From positions 1-12,833 of the forward strand of contig NW_021826503.1 in the NCBI RefSeq assembly GCF_006345805.1: a stretch of DNA of 12,833 nucleotides, written 5' to 3'. The notes under the pieces were generated by a model. The model was not told the origin of the DNA. It searched no databases and saw nothing but the letters and a program-made list of their open reading frames with translations. Made by a program: the position numbers and the translations under genes. This DNA comes from Octopus sinensis. Lineage: Eukaryota. Below are positions 6,349 through 12,833 of the stretch, piece after piece (within the stretch, counting starts at the first letter, position 1; each line of letters starts with the position of its first letter).

Positions 6349-8880
6349 AGTTAAGTTAAGTTAAGTTAATTTTTTGGCTTAAAAATCAAAAAGCAAGGCC
6401 ATGTAGGGGGACATGGAGTTATGTACAGGGAGGATGTTCATGCAAGGAGTTCAGGCCATTTCTAGTCAAGAGAGACTTTGAACCGAGCGGTTGTCGACAT
6501 CTTCACTATCCACGGATCCACGGATCCACAACCCGGACGGAAAAAGCCCCTCTCCTTCGATTGAGATGAAATCGTCGCAGATAGAGCTTTTCGGAGTAAC
6601 TCCGCAGCCGACGCTCTGGAGCAGGAGTGAAGAACAGCTCTTTCGAGAGGTTACACTTTCCGCTTATGATGTTGTGAACAAGAATGAGATCACCACGGCG
6701 TCGTCGTTTTTCTTGAGAATAAAGGTCGAGCGTCTTCAGCCTTTCTTCATAAGACAAATGCTTGAGACCAAGAACCAGGCGGGTAGCCAGCTTCTGGACT
6801 CGTTCGAGATGATGTATGTCTTTGAGGAGATAAGAAGAGGCTTGAATCCCGTACTCCAATATGGGTCTCACCAGCGTGACATAGAGCGGTAGGAATATGG
6901 CTGCTGTGAGCATTCCGAATGACCGTCGAATCAAAAACAGAACTCCGCGTGCTTTCTAGGCAGCATGGACGCACTGGGCCGAAGGCGAAAAAAAAGAATC
7001 CACGAAGATACCCAGGTCCTTTACCTGGTCGGTCCTCTCCAGCAGCAGACGACCCGGCTCGAAATCAAGTTGAGTTGCAGGAGAAGAGCCAACAGGCAGA
7101 TGACAGCACTTTGACACGTTCAGACACAGGTCCCATTCGTTAGACCATCTCCAAACTTGGTGGAGGCATCGACGAAGATCATCTATATCACCGCGAGGAG
7201 CGACCAGTTTGACATCATCGGCAAATAGAAGGGTGTGTTGCATGAGTTCGTCGGGCAAGTCATTTATGAAGACTAAAAACAATAAGGGCCCAAACACTGA
7301 ACCTTGAGGCACGCCACTGCTCGCACTGGAGACGTCGAACAGCGAACCATTAACTTGGACTTGGAAGGAGCGATCTGAGAGGAAGGCACCAACCCATCGT
7401 ACAATATCCGGATGGGAACTATATGCTTGAAGCTTGACAAGTAATTGGCGGTGGTTAACCGAGTCAAAAGCTTTGGCAAAGTCCAATAAAACGATGTCTA
7501 CAGCATCACCATCATCCAGGATACGCGTCACCAATTCTTCCATTACCAGTAAGTTAGTCAAGCATGATCTCTTCGGCATGAAGCCGTGTTGGGAATCAGA
7601 GATAGAGACTGTATTTTGGAGGTGGAGCAACATACTTTTCTTAAGGATGGTTTCGAACATCTTGCTGATTATTGAAGTAAGGGAAACCGGTCGGTAGTTA
7701 AGCGGGTCTTCGCGGCTCCCTTTCTTGAAAATTGAGCAGATTATTGCTGTTCTCCAGTCTGCAGGTATAACACCCTCCGCTAATGACATATTGAATAGCA
7801 GTATTAAAGGTTCGCAGATGACCGGAGTCAACGCTTTGATAACCTGTGGGTGTATGCCGTCAGGGCCGTGACCCTTGTTGACATCGAGGCCTTGAATAAC
7901 GCGTTCGACTTCGTCCCGAGTGATGACCAATCTAGGCATTGGAGGTACCGATCTATCAAATGGAGGGGGTTCACGACCATCATCTTGTTTGAAAATAGTT
8001 GAAAAAGCCTCGGCAAATAACTGACTCTGCTGATAAGGGTCCTCAATCGATACGCCTGTTGAGTCTTCCAACGTTGCAATTTGGTTGTTCAAGCGGGAAT
8101 TCCGTTAGACATGGGCAAAGAAGGTTTTTGGATTGCGACTGGCGTTTGCCGCGAATCTGTATTCATATCTGAAGCGTTTTTCCTTTTCAATTTTCACGGC
8201 TCGGTCTCGTTGAGTTTTGTACACCTCAAAAGCTGCAGTCGAATCTAGATTGAATTCAGCCCAAGCAATATCTCTGAGTCGAAGTTCTCGTTTTACCTTC
8301 TTCGTCACCCAGAGCTTGTGTTTCTTCTTCTTGGGAAGCCCAACGGGAACTGCTTGGTCAGTCAACCAGATTACATATGCTTTGAGGGACGACCATAGTT
8401 CGTCAACTGAGGACATCGTCATCAGGGATCGTCAGTCCAGAAGCGCGGAAGCATCGGTTAGAATTTCAGGTTTGATTGCAGAGAAGACTCTACACGGCAG
8501 CGAAGTAATCGTGGGCGTAGAAGAAGTTGTGTGCATGTCGAACTTCAGGACCGCGTGATCACTCTTGGCAAGAGGGGTGCACAGAGATAAGCCTGACACT
8601 GATGTTGGATAGCGGGAGAATACCAGATCCAGCATAGAAGGCTGCTGCCCAGACCGATGCCTTGTCGGATATTCAACATGTTGCGATAGAAAACAATCTT
8701 CAGCCACGTCAAGAAGGGCCTGGCCGAACCGGGAAGATGATGTACAAATTGATGCGGGCCAGTCGATCGTGGGAGCGTTGAAGTCTCCTAATATCAAACA
8801 GTCATGAGAAGCTGAAACGAATCTTATCGCTTCGAGTAAATGAGCATCGTCCTGGGTTCGGCAAGAAGCGGCCTGTAGAC
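6349..8880 (-). mobile_element. LINE-A: 5'-truncated CR1/L2-group non-LTR retrotransposon with a (TTAAC)n 3' tail
   Basis: APE motifs VYRP (8869-8880), LILGDFN and SDH; RT motifs NYRPVSLTS, QHGF, DFAKAFDSV, GVPQGSVFGP and FADD (7214-7225); C-terminal RRRRGDLI; short 3' UTR with a hairpin at 6399-6416; tail 6349-6369. Confidence 0.96.
6506..8880 (-). pseudogene. Disabled ORF2 (endonuclease-reverse transcriptase) of LINE-A
   Basis: Track ORFs 8432-9073, 8105-8422, 6956-8092 and 6506-6934 are one frame broken by in-frame stops at 8432-8434, 8105-8107 and 6956-6958. There is also a frameshift just after VYRP and a lesion at about 6508-6523. Confidence 0.93.
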
Positions 8881-8915
8881 AGTCAAATGACTGAAACAAG
8901 TAAAAGAGTAAAAGA

Positions 8916-8917
<2 letters not shown>
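8880..8917 (+). mobile_element. SINE-A 3' tail only, fused to the LINE-A 5' truncation point
   Basis: cagtcaaatgactgaaacaagtaaaagagtaaaagag matches the tails of the other copies. Confidence 0.92.
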
Positions 8918-8963
<46 letters not shown>

Positions 8964-9084
8964 TCATTTTTCATATATGTGTATACGTGTACAAATATAC
9001 ATACACACACATATCTACACACATTTTTCACATATACATATATGTACAAATATACATACAAATACACACACATATATAGATATT
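8918..9084. repeat. (TA)n/(CA)n microsatellite
   Basis: Directly visible. Confidence 0.93.
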
Positions 9085-9251
9085 AGGCGCAGGAGTAGCT
9101 GTGTAGTCAGTAGCTTGCTTACGAACTACATGGTTCCGGGTTCAGTCCCACTGCGTGGCACCTTGGGCGAGTGTTTTCTACTATAGCCTCGAGCCGACCA
9201 AAGCCTTGTGTGTAGATTTGGTAGACGGAAACTGAAAGAAGCCCTTTGTAC

Positions 9252-9285
<34 letters not shown>

Positions 9286-9552
9286 ATACATACATACATA
9301 CATACATACATACATACCTACATCTATGAAATATAATGTGTGTATGTTGTGTGTCTGTGGTTGTCCCCCACCGTCGTTTGACAACCGATGTGGTCTGTTT
9401 ACGTCCCGTAATTTAACGGTTCGGCAAAAGAGACCAATATACTAAGTACTAGGCTTACAAAGAATAAGTACTGGGGTCGATTTGTTCGAGTAAAGGCGGT
9501 GTTCTACCATGACCGCAGTCAAATAACTGAAAGAAATAAAAGAATAAAAGAA
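9085..9552 (+). mobile_element. SINE-A copy 3, full length, moderately diverged
   Basis: aggcgcaggagtagctgtgtag..., B box ggttcagtccc, internal (TA)n(CATA)n at 9250-9320, tail gcagtcaaataactgaaa. Confidence 0.95.
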
Positions 9553-9821
9553 TATATATATATATATATATGCACGTATATATATGTGTGTGTGACCCCT
9601 CTGTTTGGCATTCGCCATGATAGATAGCTAGCCACGTGTAATGCGTAACCAGTAAATCCTGGTTCAAAGAAACTAATTTTTAGCCATAGTCCTGTACGTT
9701 ATTCCGAATGGCCGTTCACACCCTTCCTCTTCCTGTCAAATGCGCATGCTCTTTATATCAACGTTATTTGCATAACACCACTAAAACTTTTTTCTATTTT
9801 CTCTCCCTGTTTATTCCTGTG

Positions 9822-9862
9822 TTCTTTTCTGTCGAAGAGCGTAGTTTCGAAATGTAAAAGAC
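9822..9862 (+). ncRNA. Degenerate type I hammerhead-ribozyme-like motif of the kind found in Penelope-like element termini
   Basis: tctttt-CTGTCGA(9829-9835)-a-GAGC gtag TTTC-GAAA(9849-9852)-TGT-A-aaaga. The core order is right, but A6 is T and stems II and III are imperfect. Confidence 0.45.
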
Positions 9863-10061
9863 TTTCTCACTTCCTAAAGAAAATAGTCTAATAAATGGGC
9901 ATATAAGCCATTGACAGAAAAAAAAAAAAAACCAAAGCTTTCCTATCCATTTGTTAACTCCAGTAAGCGTGTTACCTTTACACCAGCGAATCAACCTCCC
10001 CATTCCGCTCAAATTTAAGAACTATAATAGTTCGTGTTTGTTTTTATGTTTGTTTTTCTAG

Positions 10062-10282
10062 TGCAAATGGTTTTTTTATACGGCACCGAGTTTACTATCC
10101 TGTAAAAAATAATCCCACGCGGATAGGAAAGCCTTCTTTCTTCTGTCGAGGGTTTATATGACCCTTTATTCGACTATTCCTTAGTCATTGCACGGTGATC
10201 GCCATAAACTTTAAGCTTATATAAAAAATACCTTTAATATGTACAGGATTGTAAACTCGGTGCCGTATAAAAACCATTCGCA
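10062..10282. mobile_element. MITE-like element, 221 bp, with ~42-bp terminal inverted repeats
   Basis: 10062-10104 (tgcaaatggtttttttatacggcaccgagtttactatcctgta) versus the reverse complement of 10242-10282 (tgcgaatggtttttatacggcaccgagtttacaatcctgta): 2 mismatches and one 2-nt indel. No clear TSD. Confidence 0.82.
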
Positions 10283-10328
10283 TTCATATATATACTTACA
10301 TATATATATGCATATGTTTACAAATCAT

Positions 10329-11530
10329 ATTTATTTTATTTTTTATTTTATTTTATCTAGTTTCAGCTCACGAGCTGTGGCCATGCTGGGGCACCGCCAT
10401 TTGGTGTTGCTACATGATTTTACTTCACGAATGCTTTTTAGCAACTGCCATTTGGTGTATGAGAGAGTTCGATGCAGCTGCCCTCATCTGCACCTCCTGC
10501 CGTGAAGTTGGTTCATCTGGGACACCTGGCAGGTAGAGATTCAGTCCCACTTTAAAGACATCTGCATCCATCAGGTTCTTCTGGAGGATATTGAAGAGCT
10601 GTGGGCCTCTGAAGCCCAGGCTATCACAGTATCTTGTCCTACATCTTGATGGCAAATTTGGAGTCCTTGGCACCACACAGTGGCGCCCAGTTCTGGCATT
10701 TATGTAACTCTCGATGCCAAAGTTTGGGACAAGTCCTTCTAGGATCTTCCAGATGTATATCTTCCAGATGCATATCTTTCTCGCCTACGCTCTAAGGAAT
10801 AGAGTCTTAATCTCTTGAGCCTTTCCCAGTAGCTTATATGCTGTACAGAGGCTATCTTCTTCGTGTAGCTTCGTTGGATCGCCTCAAGTTCTGTGATCAA
10901 CTTGACACTGGATGGTGACCATAGCTGAGAGCAATAGTCAAAGTGGCTTAGGACAAGTGTCCTCCAGAGGACCATCATTGTTTCTTGGTCTCTTGTTCTA
11001 AAGGTTCTAAGAATCCATCCGACCAGCCGCTTACATTTCATTGCCAATTTAGCAACATGTACATGAAAGGTTGCGTCATCACTCATGTAAATACCCAGGT
11101 CACGCACTGATTGTGCCTCTGGGTTTGCAATCCCTCCAGGTCCAGTGTATTCATTGGGTATTGCATTTAGTTTTGCATGCTGATAGCATAAAGCTTGAAA
11201 CTTTTCAGCATTGAACTGCATGCTATTCTTTTCAGCCCACTTGTATATTTTGTCCAGCTCACATTGCAGGTGCTTAGTGTCTTCAGGGTTCTGTATTGCC
11301 TGTGAAACTTTTGTATCATCTGCATAACTTGTGATCGTGGCTCTCTGCGTGGCTGAGAGCATGTCTGAGAGGGCCATTATGAACAGTAGTGGTCCCAAAA
11401 CAGTGCCCTGCAGAACACCGCTCACTATTTGCGTGTTGATGGAAGTGGCCCCTTTGGCTACTACCACCTGACTTCTATCCTTCAGAAAGTCATGAAGCCA
11501 TTCTCCCAATTTTCCAACTATGCCAACTAT
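10329..11530 (-). mobile_element. LINE-B: 5'-truncated CR1/L2-group non-LTR retrotransposon with a (TAAAA)n tail
   Basis: RT motifs GVLQGTVLGPLLF and YADD (11315-11326); RDLG, DYCSQLWSP and LYSLERRRERY; 3' UTR hairpin at 10364-10377; tail 10329-10356. Confidence 0.95.
10425..11524 (-). pseudogene. Disabled C-terminal half of LINE-B ORF2 (reverse transcriptase)
   Basis: ORF 10739-11569 continues, after a frameshift at a local duplication (10744-10773), as IYIWKILEGLVPNFG...AAASNSLIHQM in the frame of ORF 10425-10676. Confidence 0.92.
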
Positions 11531-11569
11531 ATATATATACAACTCATATATATATATATATATATACAA

Positions 11570-11604
<35 letters not shown>

Positions 11605-11617
11605 CTCATATATATAT
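11531..11617. repeat. (TA)n array with repeated CAACTC spacers
   Basis: caactc at 11540-11545 and 11567-11572, and variant aatctc at 11602-11607. Confidence 0.9.
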
Positions 11618-11807
11618 AGGCGCAGGAGTGGCTGTGTGGTAAGTAGCTTGCTTACCAACCACATGGTTCCGGGTTCAGTCCCACTGCGTGGCACCTTGGG
11701 CAAGTGTCTTCTGCTATAGTCTCGGGCCGACCAATGCCTTGTGAGTGGATTTGGTAGACAGAAACTGAAAGAAGCCTGTCGTATAATGTATATATATAGA
11801 TATATAT

Positions 11808-11870
<63 letters not shown>

Positions 11871-12096
11871 ATGTATGTGTTGTGTGTCTGTGTTTGTCTC
11901 CCTAGCATTGCTTGACAACCGATGCTGGTGTGTTTATGTCCCCGTCAACTAGCGGTTCGGCAAAAGAGACCGATAGAATAAGTACTGGGCTTACAAAAAA
12001 TAAGTCCCGGGGTCGATTTGTTCGACTAAAGATGGTGCTCCAGCATGACCACAGTCAAATGACTGAAACAAGTAAAAGAGAAAAGAGAAAAAGAGA

Positions 12097-12097
<1 letters not shown>
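11618..12097 (+). mobile_element. SINE-A copy 4, full length
   Basis: A box TGGCTGTGTGG 11629-11639; B box GGTTCAGTCCC 11672-11682; core CCTTGGGCAAG; internal (TA)n at 11785-11870; tail hairpin 12052-12065. Confidence 0.96.
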
Positions 12098-12128
<31 letters not shown>

Positions 12129-12198
12129 GCATATATATATATATATATATATACGTACATACATCTCTCTCTCTATTACACATATATAAGTATATATT
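12098..12198. repeat. (TA)n microsatellite with a short (CT)n
   Basis: Directly visible. Confidence 0.93.
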
Positions 12199-12253
12199 TT
12201 GAACTTTCTTGATGTTTCAACATCGCCATCATTATCATCATAATCCACCCGGC

Positions 12254-12449
12254 CATCATTTAACAATTGATGCTGTTGTGTTCACGCCCCCATAACTTAG
12301 CGGTACGGTTCGGCAAAACAGAATGATAGAATGAGTACTAGACTTACAACGAATAAGTCAGGGGTGGGGGTGATTTCTTCGGCTAAAACTCTTTAATCGG
12401 TGCTCCAGCATGGCCGAAGTCAAATGACTGAAACAAGTAGAAGAATAAA
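12254..12449 (+). mobile_element. SINE-A copy 5, 3' half only, diverged
   Basis: gatgctgttgtgttcacgcccccataacttagcgg...cggttcggcaaaa...ggtgctccagcatggccgaagtcaaatgactgaaacaag. Confidence 0.9.
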
Positions 12450-12461
12450 CAGATGAAAGCA

Positions 12462-12462
<1 letters not shown>

Positions 12463-12521
<59 letters not shown>

Positions 12522-12578
12522 GTTGTTGTTATTGTTGTTGTTGTTATTGTTGTTGTTGTTGTTGTTGTTGTTGTTATT
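12463..12578. repeat. (TAT)n grading into (TGT)n microsatellite
   Basis: Directly visible. Confidence 0.97.
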
Positions 12579-12833
12579 GCTTCTCTCACACAAACACACG
12601 CATGCGTAGATATTATCTCCAATTAGTGAACACTTTTATATTTCGATTGAATTATCTTTGAGAAACCAACAATAGAAGGATTTTCTACGGCCACAGATGG
12701 TTCAAAAATTGCTAATCTGGTAGATATAGATAATCCTCTGCTTGTGATCCTTATTAATTAAGGTTGCTGATTATCTTAGTGAAACCTGGATGAATAGATA
12801 AACAGTATCAGATCACAATAACCGAATGAATTA

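Noticed and set aside
6491-8558. Plus-strand ORFs within LINE-A
   Set aside because: They are antisense shadows of the RT reading frame.
8432-9073. 213-aa ORF as an intact protein
   Set aside because: The N-terminus is microsatellite plus antisense SINE tail. Only the part below about 8860 is endonuclease sequence.
11618-11690. SINE-A heads as functional tRNA genes
   Set aside because: A and B boxes are present, but there is no complete cloverleaf, and each head continues into the SINE core.
12651-12761. Short frame containing TDGSK (RNase H-like motif)
   Set aside because: It is only 36 codons between stops and has no other RNase H residues, so it is probably chance.

Overview
Eukaryotic, AT-rich and repeat-saturated DNA with no intact host gene that I can support. 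It is most likely an octopus (cephalopod) intron or intergenic region; that assignment is an inference from my recognition of the SINE families and the microsatellite style. The window contains: (i) two 5'-truncated, disabled minus-strand non-LTR retrotransposons of the CR1/L2 group, LINE-A at 6349-8880 (endonuclease C-half plus RT) and LINE-B at about 10329-11530 (RT C-half); (ii) seven full or partial copies of one tRNA-headed SINE family ('SINE-A') and remnants of a second ('SINE-B'); (iii) a 221-bp MITE with ~42-bp terminal inverted repeats; (iv) a degenerate Penelope-type hammerhead-like motif; (v) many TA/CA/trinucleotide microsatellites, which explain almost all ORFs in the supplied track; (vi) a possible promoter and first exon near 4.3-4.5 kb. 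The best observation is that the SINE-A 3' tail is shared with LINE-B. The interior of its terminal hairpin differs at all 8 positions while base-pairing is kept, so a SINE/LINE partner system with covariation is visible inside one window. An unexplained 63% GC, CpG-rich 413-bp block splits one SINE-A copy and could be real or an assembly artefact.
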